The translations under genes were made by a program, and so were the position numbers. Shown piece by piece: positions 1 to 10,150 of a DNA stretch of 64,000 nucleotides; position 1 is the first letter of the stretch, and each line of letters opens with the position of its first letter. The notes below the pieces were generated by a model that had not been told where the DNA came from, ran no database searches, and saw only the letters and a program-made list of their open reading frames with translations. Source of the stretch: Escherichia phage ESCO5; sequence record NC_047776.2. One strand, written 5' to 3'.

Positions 1-770
1 ATTTCTTCCAGGCACGCAATCTTCAATCCTTGACAGTTCTCAATAGTCTGCACGAATTGACCAGCTTCCATCAGACTGGCGTGTGTTCCTGTGTCAAGCC
101 AAGTAAATCCTCGTCCGAGAACTTCCACTTGTAACTTCCTGTCTTCGAGGTAGCTGCGATTGATATCAGTGATCTCCAGTTCTCCACGCGCGGAAGGGGT
201 TACTTCTAATGCACGTTGAATAACAGAGTTATCATAGAAATACAAACCTGTGACAGCATAATCTGATTTAGGATTTTCAGGTTTCTCTTCAATAGAAATA
301 ACTTGACGATTACTCCCAAATTCAACCACACCGAATCGTTCAGGATCTTTCACCAAACACCCGAAGATACAAGCTCCGCCCCAAACATCTACCATCTCAC
401 TAGCGTCAATCAGTAGTTTACCAAAGCTTTGTCCGAAGAATAGGTTGTCACCTAAAATAAGAGCAACAGAGTCTTCTCCGATAAAATCTTTACCGATGAT
501 GAAAGCGTCCGCAAGACCTCGTGGCTTGGATTGGATTGCGTAAGTGAGTTTTATCCCAAACATAGACCCATCTCCAAGAAGATACTCAAAGTCTTCCTGA
601 TCGCCTGGTGTGGTGATGATTAAGATATCCTTAATGTCAGCCAACATCAATACCGATAAAGGGTAGTAGATCATGGGTTTGTCATACACAGGGAGCAATT
701 GCTTGCTCACACTGCGTGTTACCGGATGAAGGCGGGTTCCACTTCCTCCCGCCAAAATAATACCTTTCAT
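1..770 (-). CDS. rmlA: glucose-1-phosphate thymidylyltransferase (RmlA), 3' end runs off the window
   Basis: Minus-strand ATG at 770-768 behind a GGAGG RBS; translation [39 protein letters not shown] matches the RmlA N-terminal nucleotide-binding motif; open to position 1. Not in the ORF track because it is truncated. Confidence 0.85.
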   Translation of the reverse strand, partial: MKGIILAGGSGTRLHPVTRSVSKQLLPVYDKPMIYYPLSVLMLADIKDILIITTPGDQEDFEYLLGDGSMFGIKLTYAIQSKPRGLADAFIIGKDFIGEDSVALILGDNLFFGQSFGKLLIDASEMVDVWGGACIFGCLVKDPERFGVVEFGSNRQVISIEEKPENPKSDYAVTGLYFYDNSVIQRALEVTPSARGELEITDINRSYLEDRKLQVEVLGRGFTWLDTGTHASLMEAGQFVQTIENCQGLKIACLEE

Positions 771-778
771 AACCCTCC

Positions 779-1771
779 TTAAATCTTCTCACTCCACCAT
801 TGAGGGTTGTTTAAGTACCATTCAATCGTTGAGTAGAGATCTTGTTCAAATGTAGAGTTTGCACTCCAACCCAGTTCAGACTCTATTTTAGAAGGATTGA
901 TTTCATAACGCAAGTCATGTCCTTTACGATCTTCAACAAAAGTTATCAAGTTGGAAGAAGGGTAGGTTCCTGCTTCTGGATGTACAGCATCTATGTAGTC
1001 ACAAACCATATAGATGATCTCCATATTGGTTTTGGGATTACGTGTTCCAACATTATACGTTTGACCTGGTTCTCCACCTGTTGCCACTTGAAGAATAGCT
1101 CGCGCATGATCCTCAACAAAAAGCCAGTCTCGCACCTGATCGCCTTTACCATACACCGGAATCTCTTTATTCGTCAAGATACTTGTGATGATTTTTGGGA
1201 TCAGCTTTTCTGGATGTTGATAAGGTCCAAAGTTATTGGAGCAGTTGGTTATCACAACAGGTAAACCGTAGGTACGGTACCAAGCTTTCACAAGATGGTC
1301 AGATGCTGCCTTAGACGCACTGTACGGGCTTGAAGGGGCATAAGCTGTCTCTTCGGTAAAGGGAACGCCAGAGTCTGCCATATCGCCGTACACTTCGTCT
1401 GTGGAGACATGTACGAACATCTTAAGTTTATTTTTTGGGAGGAGCCTTGCAGCTTCCAATAAATTGTATGTACCAATAATATTGGAGTCGATGAAAACTC
1501 GTGGATTCTTGATAGAATTATCCACATGACTCTCTGCCGCTAAGTGAATGATGAAATCGGGATTGCACTCTACTACTAAACTTTTGACCTGGGTTTCGTT
1601 TGCCAAATCTGTTATGCTCAGTTTAACGTGAGTGATATCGCCTACATTCTCAATATCTGCTGCATAGCCCATCTTATCAACGACAAAAACTTCGTTATTG
1701 GGATCTTGACAAAGAGAGCGCACCACGGCACTCCCAATAAAACCAAGACCACCTGTTACCAGATAGCGCAT
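779..1771 (-). CDS. rmlB: dTDP-glucose 4,6-dehydratase (RmlB)
   Basis: 330 aa; N-terminal Rossmann GGLGFIGS; catalytic YSASK (YxxxK) triad of short-chain dehydrogenases; immediately upstream of rmlA. Confidence 0.85.
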   Translation of the reverse strand: MRYLVTGGLGFIGSAVVRSLCQDPNNEVFVVDKMGYAADIENVGDITHVKLSITDLANETQVKSLVVECNPDFIIHLAAESHVDNSIKNPRVFIDSNIIGTYNLLEAARLLPKNKLKMFVHVSTDEVYGDMADSGVPFTEETAYAPSSPYSASKAASDHLVKAWYRTYGLPVVITNCSNNFGPYQHPEKLIPKIITSILTNKEIPVYGKGDQVRDWLFVEDHARAILQVATGGEPGQTYNVGTRNPKTNMEIIYMVCDYIDAVHPEAGTYPSSNLITFVEDRKGHDLRYEINPSKIESELGWSANSTFEQDLYSTIEWYLNNPQWWSEKI

Positions 1772-1780
1772 CAGTTCTCC

Positions 1781-2107
1781 TTACCAGACATGTTGAGAAA
1801 TAATAGTTTCCGTTTTAATGTTATATTTTTCAAGTAGCTTTGCATAGGCTTCTTTTGCATTCTCATTCAATTGCTCAAGATCTACAGCTATGCTTCCTTC
1901 TCCTCCTTCTAAATCAAGGCCATATATGCAATAAGACTCATCCGCATCGTAGAAAGGAGAGATGCGGCTTAAGTCAAGACCTTCTTGTAAGAACCAGTTA
2001 AAATCTCCGTCAAATTCTTCTTCAATTCTAGGATCTTCTCCTACAGCCTCTTCCCACTTATTTAAAGGTGCACCCTGTAACATACGCCATTCGATATCAA
2101 TACCCAT
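1781..2107 (-). CDS. hypothetical strongly acidic protein
   Basis: 108-aa ORF rich in D/E; packed tail-to-head with neighbours. Confidence 0.4.
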   Translation of the reverse strand: MGIDIEWRMLQGAPLNKWEEAVGEDPRIEEEFDGDFNWFLQEGLDLSRISPFYDADESYCIYGLDLEGGEGSIAVDLEQLNENAKEAYAKLLEKYNIKTETIISQHVW

Positions 2108-2261
2108 TTTTCATCTCCTCCTCTTCTTGAGCAGCTTTAATAATTGCTTCATAAATATCGTAAGCAATGCCTCCACAACATCTAGCTTCGAAAGCTATTG
2201 CTTCTGCAATGTGATCTGTTAATTCTCGTGGAATGCGGACATACTCTTTTTCACTCGCCAT
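2097..2261 (-). CDS. hypothetical small protein
   Basis: ~54-aa ORF (MASEKEYVRIPRELTDH...) filling the gap between annotated ORFs; stop overlaps next start. Confidence 0.3.
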   Translation of the reverse strand: MASEKEYVRIPRELTDHIAEAIAFEARCCGGIAYDIYEAIIKAAQEEEEMKNGY

Positions 2262-2403
2262 CTTCTACCTCCAACCCTTCTTTTTCAAAGACTACTACTC
2301 GTCCCTCACCATGACAATTCAGGCAAGGAAATGTTACCATAATTTCCACTTCCATCTGTCCAGTCCCACCGCACACAGGACAAAAAATAAGTTTTTCAGC
2401 CAT
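2251..2403 (-). CDS. hypothetical zinc-ribbon protein
   Basis: 50-aa ORF MAEKLIFCPVCGG...CLNCHG with two CxxC pairs; below the ORF-track size cutoff. Confidence 0.35.
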   Translation of the reverse strand: MAEKLIFCPVCGGTGQMEVEIMVTFPCLNCHGEGRVVVFEKEGLEVEDGE

Positions 2404-2612
2404 TATTCCTCCTTAATTATTTCAAACTTGGCAACACCATTTACAATAATATGACCACAAGACATAACTCCTAGCCAAGGATCGCCGTTTTTCTTCAGGC
2501 GTTTACCGAATACATCACAAAAACCATTCTTCATTTCAGAGGCTTCATAAGAAGCCCCTTTATCAAAAACGTCTTTGAATGTGTCGATTATACCAACACA
2601 TTTCAAAATCAT
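2403..2612 (-). CDS. hypothetical protein
   Basis: 69-aa ORF, start overlaps nrdB stop. Confidence 0.4.
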   Translation of the reverse strand: MILKCVGIIDTFKDVFDKGASYEASEMKNGFCDVFGKRLKKNGDPWLGVMSCGHIIVNGVAKFEIIKEE

Positions 2613-3697
2613 TCGAAGTCAAGCTCCTCATCATCAGAGAGATCTTTGTTAGCTGAATTCAATTTGTAGTTAGTTAACTGAATCTCTTGGGCTGCTGACT
2701 GAATCAAATCAGGATTCAACCATTTTTCCATCCAAGCTAAAGGGCTATGTTTAGGTGCTTTAAACTTGGCTTTCATTTTCAATCGACGATAAATAGGAGC
2801 AGCATTGAAATAAACCCACTGTTTAGACAATTCGGCGTTAAGACCTACAATAAAACGACCTTCACTAAACAGGTAGTCACACCACTGTTCCTCTTGTTCA
2901 ACAACAGTGTCGAGGATCAAAGTCAACTCTTCAATATTGTCTTCGTAAATTTTACGCCAAATTGGGTCATGCATCAATGCATCAATTACAGCATAATCCA
3001 TCTTAACATGCAAGATTTCATCTAGCATAATTTTCTGGATCAGTTTACAAGCTCCAACAAACAGTTGTTGTTCTGCCATAGCAAAAGTAGCAGAGAAGGA
3101 AGATATAAACTGAATACCTTCTAACCCAATCAGGGCTACCATCCCTTTAAGAATCAGCAGTCGAAGTTCATCGTTAGCTTCAATCAATCCTAGAGCATAC
3201 TTATGACCAGCTTCTTCCAACTGACCCATGATATCAGCAATGATACCCATACGATTGAAAATTTTATCATTAATCATAATCTGATTGATGACTTCAATTG
3301 GATCTGGAGTACATTGACGGATTATTTCAGAATACGTTAACGCATGGAGAACTTCCATTTCACTCTGCTTCATCATCATAGCACAGGCTTCATTGTTACT
3401 CAAGAATGGAGAGAACAAAGTGATGATTGATTTTGCAAGAGAATCATTTTCCCATTGGAACGATAAGTTTTTAATCATAACATCATAGTTGTTTTTAGAA
3501 CAAGCTACGAAATCTTTACGTGTCTGATCCAAGTTAACTTCGTTTTCATCCCAATCTTGTGCTTTTTGAAGTTTGTAGAGTTTGTGCATTTCTGGATAAG
3601 TCACGTTAACAGAATCAAAGATCCCTAATTGCTCCCCCAAAAATACTGGATATTTCCCTGTCTTGTAAACTTCGTTGTGTAAATTAATTGCTGCCAT
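2609..3697 (-). CDS. nrdB: ribonucleotide reductase class Ia beta subunit (NrdB)
   Basis: 362 aa; ferritin-like di-iron R2 pattern (EEAGHKYAL...GLEGIQF...LDEILHVK); paired with nrdA. Confidence 0.9.
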   Translation of the reverse strand: MAAINLHNEVYKTGKYPVFLGEQLGIFDSVNVTYPEMHKLYKLQKAQDWDENEVNLDQTRKDFVACSKNNYDVMIKNLSFQWENDSLAKSIITLFSPFLSNNEACAMMMKQSEMEVLHALTYSEIIRQCTPDPIEVINQIMINDKIFNRMGIIADIMGQLEEAGHKYALGLIEANDELRLLILKGMVALIGLEGIQFISSFSATFAMAEQQLFVGACKLIQKIMLDEILHVKMDYAVIDALMHDPIWRKIYEDNIEELTLILDTVVEQEEQWCDYLFSEGRFIVGLNAELSKQWVYFNAAPIYRRLKMKAKFKAPKHSPLAWMEKWLNPDLIQSAAQEIQLTNYKLNSANKDLSDDEELDFE

Positions 3698-4022
3698 TTA
3701 AATCCTCCACTATTTCACAAAAACCTTTTAAGTTTAAAATATCTTGTTCCTCAACACCATTAATCCGGTAGAAACCTTCTAAGGCTTGCCATACGCTTCT
3801 ACCAAGTATAACAGTCACTGTTTCTTCACTTCTTGCTCTTGTTATTGCGTAAGCCGTAGCTTCTGGATAAAAAGATTCCCAAATCTGGATATTAGCTATT
3901 TGAAGTCCGCCAAGATAATGGTGACACCAAACAGGGGTAAAATCTTCAGGGGGAATCAACAAAGGCTTAAACCCAGGACGGTAGATTGGGGTTACTCCAG
4001 GTAAAACTATAAGTGTGCTCAT
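3684..4022 (-). CDS. hypothetical protein
   Basis: 112-aa ORF between the homing endonuclease and nrdB; RBS GAGGAGAG upstream. Confidence 0.45.
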   Translation of the reverse strand: MSTLIVLPGVTPIYRPGFKPLLIPPEDFTPVWCHHYLGGLQIANIQIWESFYPEATAYAITRARSEETVTVILGRSVWQALEGFYRINGVEEQDILNLKGFCEIVEDLNGSN

Positions 4023-4034
4023 AATCTCTCCTCA

Positions 4035-4057
4035 ATAAAAAAGGGGCCGAAGCCCCT
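4035..4057 (-). terminator. rho-independent terminator
   Basis: Minus strand GGGGC-TTCG-GCCCC hairpin followed by a T-run, just after the stop of 4064-4723. Confidence 0.55.
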
Positions 4058-4063
4058 GTATTG

Positions 4064-4723
4064 TTAGCCTCGGAATACTGTTTTTGTTTCTGCCAGATTG
4101 TAATAGAAATCCGACTTGTTTACAAGTGTTTTGTAAACATCCTTACAAAAATGATCTTCCTGTTTGTAACGTTCCGCTGTCTCTTTGATGGACTTGGCTT
4201 TATCCTTAAGCCAAGCAAAATGTGCTTCTTCTTCTGTTGCAAAGTATCCTAAATGTTTGCTCTTGCTACCAGAAGCTTTGGCATAAATTTTACCATCTCC
4301 TTTCCTGACGTGCGCTCCCAGTAAATACTTCCTTTCTGTTCTCTTTGAGAAACTCAAAAGGGTATTCACATACGGAGGAACAAATCTACAATATTCAGGG
4401 CAGTATACAGTATTACCTTCCAGAACAAGGTCTTTGTCTAAAACAAAACCTTCGACATTATGTTCTTGATACCAGGTATCAAAATTTGAGAAAGTAAACC
4501 AAGAATCACACACAGTAGTAAACTCATAACCAGGACGTGTGTCCTTCATTTTATAAGCCCTATCAAACATGTTCCTCCACGCTGCATAAGAAGGATCTAT
4601 GAAAGTGTTTACTCTCTTCCCATTAATGGTTCCCCCTTCCCACAGTCTACGATCTACGTCCACAATCAAGGGGATTTCTCCCCTCTCTGTGAGAACGGTA
4701 ACTTTACGTTTACCCTTCTTCAT
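4064..4723 (-). mobile_element. AP2-domain homing endonuclease-like gene inserted between nrdA and nrdB
   Basis: 219 aa; AP2-like segment GKIYAKASGSKSKHLGYFATEEEAHFAW; paralog of 21002-21607; nrd intergenic position is a classic homing-endonuclease site. Confidence 0.55.
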
Positions 4724-4734
4724 CTGTTCTCCTA

Positions 4735-6978
4735 CTACATTTTACAGGCACTACACCCTTCGTCTTCAGAATCTTCTTGTGCTAAAGAATCTGCTGATTT
4801 TGTTCTACTATTAAGGTAATACAATGATTTGCCACCCAGTCTAGCAAAATTCAGAATAAACTGCATCTCAGCTTTCACGGATAAACGTCCACCTACTAAT
4901 TTAGAATAATCTAGCCAAGAATCACAAGAAATTCCTTGGTCAGTAAATTTGGTAAAGATACCATACATTTCTGCAAGGTCTTTAGCCGGAGTATCCCAGG
5001 CAGATTGGTAGAACATTTTCAGTTTTTCGTAGTCTGGAACAATAAATAATACACTACCTTTCTGACTTTGTTTATACATAATGGTATCACGGACAGGATA
5101 CAGAGAGTTAGTAGTATTGCTTACCAAACTGCTGGACTCATTAGGTGCAATAGCAGCCAATACACTGTTACGGATACCACCTTGTTCAATGATTTCAGCA
5201 CGTAAGCCTTCCCAGTCCATTTTAAGATCAAAATTACCGATACTATCTACTGTTTTAGCATAGGTGTCAATTGGTAGCCAACCTTGAGGCCATTTGGTCT
5301 TATCGATCCATTCCGCATTACCTTTTTCCTTAGCCAGACGCAGAGAGGCTTTTGCCAACCAAAAGTAATGACGTTCTGCAAGTTCATGCATTAATTTTTT
5401 AGCATAAGCATCTGAATAATTTACAAAATTACTTGCCAAGTAATGCGCTAAGTTTGTAATACCTACACCAATAGATCTACGTGCTTTAGCAGTTATTTCG
5501 TTATGTTTAAATGGATAATCCATTGTTTCAATAACGTTGTCAATTGTCAATACAGTGTAGTATGCAACATCCTCATATTCTTCAGGTAATACACGACCAG
5601 CAACAATAGAAGATAAGAAGCATAAAGCCAATTCTTGATCTTCTGTATTCTCACCAGTAAAGAGATCCGGCATACTGTGGAAAGCTTTAGTTGGCAAGAA
5701 GATCTCTTGACACAGGTTTGATTGATACACCGTATCCAGGAAAGGTGTATGGTTGTTAACGTTGTCAGCAAAGAACATGTAAATACGTCCTGTTTCTGCA
5801 CGTTGAACAATAATCTCTGTCAGAAGATCACGAGCCTTAACAAATTTTTTCTTAATGCGACGACGACTTACTTTGTCATAAACTGCATCAAACTCTTCTT
5901 CACTTTTATATAAAGCTTCATAAAGTTCAGGAGCATCATCACAACTAACTAACATCCAGTCTTCGTTTTTTGCTGCTCGACGCAAGAACGAACGGTTAAC
6001 AACAATAGAATAATCTAGTTTATCCACTCGTTTATCTATAGGTGTTGTTGGATTCTTCAGTCGAATCAGATCGTCGAAGTCTGGTTCAAGTATGGTAAAG
6101 GTAACTGTAGCACTACCTCCACGGCTTGCTTGCTTTGAAGCTCCAACACTATCTTCCATCCATTTCAGATACGGAAGAAGACCACCGTGAATAATACGAT
6201 TATTCTTAACACCTTGACCTGTGGCACGAGTTTGAAGATTAACACCAATACCTGCGTTATTCAACGTATACTCATGAGCTAAGTAATTAGCAATGGCTAA
6301 AGACTCTGCCGTATCGTCTGCACGGAATAAACAACAAGACGCACTTCCTTTGATTGGAGTTCGTAGAGTTGTCAGATATGGCGATGGCAGATTAATCTTA
6401 AGATCGCTGACATAAGTATAAAGTTTTTTAATATCTTCTATACGGCGTTCTTTTGGTTGGATCTCCATAACCTTCATTGCGATACCAATGAAAAGGAACT
6501 GTGGAGACTCATGCACCACATCGTTTACTGCATCTCGAATAAGATATTTATCCACCATTTGACGTAAAACAGAATAACCATAAGTTAGATTTTTATTATG
6601 CTTTACAATCTTACCGATTTCTTTGATCTCTTCATCAGTATAATCCATTTTAGCCCAATGACCACGTTCTACCATATCATGATAAAAGGTATTCAGTGAA
6701 GGGATACTGTGGTATCCCCCATGAGCCTGTTTGTAAATCATACCCAGAAGAAGTCTTCCTGCCATATCACTGTAAGCTTGTGTTTTCTTGTCAATACACG
6801 CTGCAATCATTGCTTTATGCAGATCACGTGTAGACACACCGTCATAACACCGCTTCACAGCTTCTAATTCAATTTCAGACCAGTTTAGTTTACCTGCTGC
6901 AAATTCAGACCACTTGCGAAGTTTTTCTGGGTTAAACTCCTCTGTCTTACCATTAGATTTAGTTACAAAACGAATCAA
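4735..6978 (-). CDS. nrdA: ribonucleotide reductase class Ia alpha subunit (NrdA)
   Basis: 747 aa; N-terminal ATP-cone-like segment, then large catalytic domain; adjacent to nrdB. Confidence 0.9.
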   Translation of the reverse strand: MIRFVTKSNGKTEEFNPEKLRKWSEFAAGKLNWSEIELEAVKRCYDGVSTRDLHKAMIAACIDKKTQAYSDMAGRLLLGMIYKQAHGGYHSIPSLNTFYHDMVERGHWAKMDYTDEEIKEIGKIVKHNKNLTYGYSVLRQMVDKYLIRDAVNDVVHESPQFLFIGIAMKVMEIQPKERRIEDIKKLYTYVSDLKINLPSPYLTTLRTPIKGSASCCLFRADDTAESLAIANYLAHEYTLNNAGIGVNLQTRATGQGVKNNRIIHGGLLPYLKWMEDSVGASKQASRGGSATVTFTILEPDFDDLIRLKNPTTPIDKRVDKLDYSIVVNRSFLRRAAKNEDWMLVSCDDAPELYEALYKSEEEFDAVYDKVSRRRIKKKFVKARDLLTEIIVQRAETGRIYMFFADNVNNHTPFLDTVYQSNLCQEIFLPTKAFHSMPDLFTGENTEDQELALCFLSSIVAGRVLPEEYEDVAYYTVLTIDNVIETMDYPFKHNEITAKARRSIGVGITNLAHYLASNFVNYSDAYAKKLMHELAERHYFWLAKASLRLAKEKGNAEWIDKTKWPQGWLPIDTYAKTVDSIGNFDLKMDWEGLRAEIIEQGGIRNSVLAAIAPNESSSLVSNTTNSLYPVRDTIMYKQSQKGSVLFIVPDYEKLKMFYQSAWDTPAKDLAEMYGIFTKFTDQGISCDSWLDYSKLVGGRLSVKAEMQFILNFARLGGKSLYYLNSRTKSADSLAQEDSEDEGCSACKM

Positions 6979-6994
6979 CTTCTCCTCCCTATTA

Positions 6995-7249
6995 TTAATG
7001 CATATTCAAAACATCTACATCATAACCGAACTTCATTTCATTAAAAAGTCCATTAGCATATAGAAAACCTTCAAAATGAGTTATGTCATCAAACCCTTTT
7101 GCTTTTGCTCGACGATCTGCTTCTTGTCTTTTAGGAGATAAACGTTTTGAAGTGTCTAGAATTACAGTTACATTACAACCAATAGTTTCATCAAAATAGA
7201 CTTCGATTTCACAGCCTTCATATTTATTATCAGTCATTGTCCCTCTCAT
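6995..7249 (-). CDS. hypothetical protein
   Basis: 84-aa ORF. Confidence 0.4.
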   Translation of the reverse strand: MRGTMTDNKYEGCEIEVYFDETIGCNVTVILDTSKRLSPKRQEADRRAKAKGFDDITHFEGFLYANGLFNEMKFGYDVDVLNMH

Positions 7250-7689
7250 TGATTAGTATCATCTGCTTTCGCAGGATCATAAGAGTTACCGAAATCATCC
7301 ATCTTAATATGTGACGCACCCCAACCTGTAAATTCTTCATCACCAAAATGAAAAATATCATTTTCTTGATAGATTCGTTTAAAACCACAATTAGGTGAAA
7401 CAGGGAAAGTGAAAAGCGTTGTATTTGCAAACACTACTCGCTTATCGTTATTGCTTCGGATATTCACATTACGCTCAACAGAATAGTGTGAATCTTCAGC
7501 CATACCCAGCATTACAAGCGACGCTCTAATAACAGCATTTTGTTTCTCGTGTGGAATATTGCCATTGTGTTTATTTGATTCTAGTTTCCAGATAGGGGTA
7601 GACATTACAGTAGACATGCTTACGGTAGCCCAAGTTGTAGTATTTACTAATGACATATTTTCTCCTTCGTTTTGAATGGGAGGACTCAC
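7246..7689 (-). CDS. hypothetical protein
   Basis: 147-aa ORF. Confidence 0.4.
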   Translation of the reverse strand: MSPPIQNEGENMSLVNTTTWATVSMSTVMSTPIWKLESNKHNGNIPHEKQNAVIRASLVMLGMAEDSHYSVERNVNIRSNNDKRVVFANTTLFTFPVSPNCGFKRIYQENDIFHFGDEEFTGWGASHIKMDDFGNSYDPAKADDTNQ

Positions 7690-7754
7690 CTCCTCCCAGT
7701 ATTGTGCTATATTATACTAAAACTAATACTAAAGTCAATAACTATTTAAACAGA

Positions 7755-8753
7755 TCACCATTTAGTATGATTTGTTAAAAGTTGACGATGTTGAATCCAA
7801 CCTTTGAAATTGCCAGACCAAAACTTACCATTACGATCTACATGGGTAATACCTGGTTCCCAAGAGTTAAAATCCCAGGGAGCATTGATAAACAAATCTT
7901 CAAAACAGTTCTCTCCGTATTGTTCGCATGTTTCTTGCATTGGGGTGGCTTGATGTTCAAACGGAGAAGCATGAACCTTACGCCCAGTCAGCAAACGACC
8001 ATAGATATCTAAAGCTTTATCTTTAGTTGCATTCAAACGACGATAGCTAACCTGTGCACAACACGAAGCTGAAATAGCTTTGGCTTCTTCCAAAGTAAGC
8101 ACAACAACTTCTCCAGATTCATCTTGAACATAGTATCCACCAAAAACAAAATGATCGTCACCTTCTGTGCCAATATTATCATAGAAATGGTCTACATAAG
8201 GTGTGTGCCATTGCCCTGGTTTCAGCACTTCTGGTGTAGATTCTTCATACTCTTTGTGCATCTCTTTAGCCAAAGCTTCGATAGTAGGATCGGCTTCTTT
8301 GTCATCACGTAGCCACCAGAAATTTTCATATTCTGTTGCTGTCAGAACTGTTTTAATTCGTTGGAAAGGTTCCAGAAGACGGTTTGCAACTTGTTTGTGG
8401 TACCCTGCCAAAGAGAATTCTTCTGCAAAACGTGCTGCACTAAGCGCGGCAAGATCCCACCACTCTTGAGCAGTATAACCTGCATCAATAAGAGCATCAT
8501 GGTCAACACCTTTGTCCTGCATACCAGGTTGGTTAGCCCCAAAACGATAAGGACGAGCAGGCTGATTTCGCACCATTTCGATCAGTGTTTTAACAGGTAT
8601 AGCACGGCTAGAAGCAGCGTTACGACTGAACAGGCGGTGAGTCATCAGTTCTGAATGAATAATACGTGGATATTCAAGTTCGAAAGTTACAATCTCTTTT
8701 CCGTCTTCAGTGATGGAATGTGCAATAATACTAGCCGAAATCTGTTTTGTCAT
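7755..8753 (-). CDS. ThyX-like flavin-dependent thymidylate synthase family protein (divergent)
   Basis: 332 aa; THRLFSRNAASSR resembles the ThyX signature RHRxxSxNxxSxR but with T for the first R; longer than typical ThyX. Confidence 0.5.
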   Translation of the reverse strand: MTKQISASIIAHSITEDGKEIVTFELEYPRIIHSELMTHRLFSRNAASSRAIPVKTLIEMVRNQPARPYRFGANQPGMQDKGVDHDALIDAGYTAQEWWDLAALSAARFAEEFSLAGYHKQVANRLLEPFQRIKTVLTATEYENFWWLRDDKEADPTIEALAKEMHKEYEESTPEVLKPGQWHTPYVDHFYDNIGTEGDDHFVFGGYYVQDESGEVVVLTLEEAKAISASCCAQVSYRRLNATKDKALDIYGRLLTGRKVHASPFEHQATPMQETCEQYGENCFEDLFINAPWDFNSWEPGITHVDRNGKFWSGNFKGWIQHRQLLTNHTKW

Positions 8754-8762
8754 TTTTTCTCC

Positions 8763-9371
8763 TTAGTTTTTAAAATTGTTCAAAGTGTTAAAAACATCCA
8801 AACATGTTAGCCACTGATCTTCTAAACCTGTGATCACAACGTTTGGTTTTTTCTTTAGTTCTTCTAGATGGTTATCTTTATAAGGTGTATTAAAATATAT
8901 TTTAACTACTTCATCCGGAAAATATAATAGGTTATCAGCCCTGTCATCTATTGCTATATCACAAGGTAATAAGTATTTTTCTTTCGTAGCAAAAAAGCCG
9001 TTACCAGATCCTTTGCTAAAATCAATCGTATCTAATGTTCTTAAAACATGTTTATGTTTAGAACTTAAGTGACCACCTTTTGTCACACTCGCGATCAAAA
9101 GATTGCTACCTTTCCTTGAAACATACTTTAAGAAATCTGGCATACCTGGAACAAAACCCATTGTATCGTAGAGATGAGGATTATCCAGAAATCCGTAAGG
9201 ATCTATGTTGAACTCTTCCCTGAAACCAGGAAAATAGTTGGTAAGATCATAATCTGCATTTTTTGTGAATGTGTCGATTTTAACACCAAGGCCACTAATC
9301 TTATTCAACCATTCTAACCAAGCAACATCTAACGGAGCCACAACTAAATCCCAATCACATACTATCTGCAT
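8763..9371 (-). CDS. HAD-like 5'(3')-deoxyribonucleotidase (putative)
   Basis: 202 aa; N-terminal IVCDWDLVV is a DxDxV HAD motif. Confidence 0.45.
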   Translation of the reverse strand: MQIVCDWDLVVAPLDVAWLEWLNKISGLGVKIDTFTKNADYDLTNYFPGFREEFNIDPYGFLDNPHLYDTMGFVPGMPDFLKYVSRKGSNLLIASVTKGGHLSSKHKHVLRTLDTIDFSKGSGNGFFATKEKYLLPCDIAIDDRADNLLYFPDEVVKIYFNTPYKDNHLEELKKKPNVVITGLEDQWLTCLDVFNTLNNFKN

Positions 9372-9407
9372 AAAACCTCCTCTCTCTTTTAGTATAGTTA
9401 TCTTATA

Positions 9408-9983
9408 CTAACTTTCAATTTCCTGCAATAGGATTTTGACTATTTGTTTACGGCGTTTTGCTACTGTGCTTTCAGGTTCTATTTTACGCTTCTTCAGCCA
9501 TGCTTTATCTTTCTTAGCTCTACACAAAGCTATCGCTTCTTTTTCAGCTTTTGCTTCTTCAAAAGATATGCCTTGCTTGTCTGCATAAGCAAGAATAGAG
9601 TTGCACAATTTACAAACCATTCGCAAATCTTCTTCTTTCACATAAATCAAACGGAAAACAAAAAGAGGAATATCATCAAAACATTGAAGTTGTTTTGCTG
9701 CGTGAATATGATCCACTTGGAAGTCTTTCATTCCTCCTCTATGTCCACATATTTCGCACTCACAATTCCAAACTTGTTTTGGTTTTCCAGTTTTCTTATC
9801 TAGCATTACATTGCCGTCTTTATCTACGCGATCAACTTTAAAACGCCTTGCATTGATAACCTTAATTTTATTAGGGTGTCTCATCCATGCTTTTCTAAAA
9901 CATCCCCTAAGATAAGTATAAAATTCCGCTTGTGTTTTCCAGGGTGTTCCTTCACCCCACATTATTTTTGGTTCACCTGCCAA
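9408..9983 (-). CDS. HNH endonuclease domain protein
   Basis: 191 aa; CECEICGH...VDHIH...CKLCN HNH/zinc pattern; basic C-terminus. Confidence 0.5.
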   Translation of the reverse strand: MAGEPKIMWGEGTPWKTQAEFYTYLRGCFRKAWMRHPNKIKVINARRFKVDRVDKDGNVMLDKKTGKPKQVWNCECEICGHRGGMKDFQVDHIHAAKQLQCFDDIPLFVFRLIYVKEEDLRMVCKLCNSILAYADKQGISFEEAKAEKEAIALCRAKKDKAWLKKRKIEPESTVAKRRKQIVKILLQEIES

Positions 9984-10030
9984 TATTGCTCACCTTTTTA
10001 GCTGTATATTCCCCTGGTGGGATATTGTGT

Positions 10031-10060
10031 TTAAAAAACAAAAGGCGGTCTAACCCCGCC
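10031..10060 (-). terminator. rho-independent terminator
   Basis: Minus strand GGCGG(G)...CCGCC hairpin followed by TTTTGTTTTTT; downstream of 10151-10552. Confidence 0.55.
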
Positions 10061-10150
10061 TTGCACATTGTTTCTGGAATAGTCAAAGTTAGTAAAAGTT
10101 TATCACCTTTTCGGTTGAATATTTTATAAACTTCTCCTGCTCCATATTGT

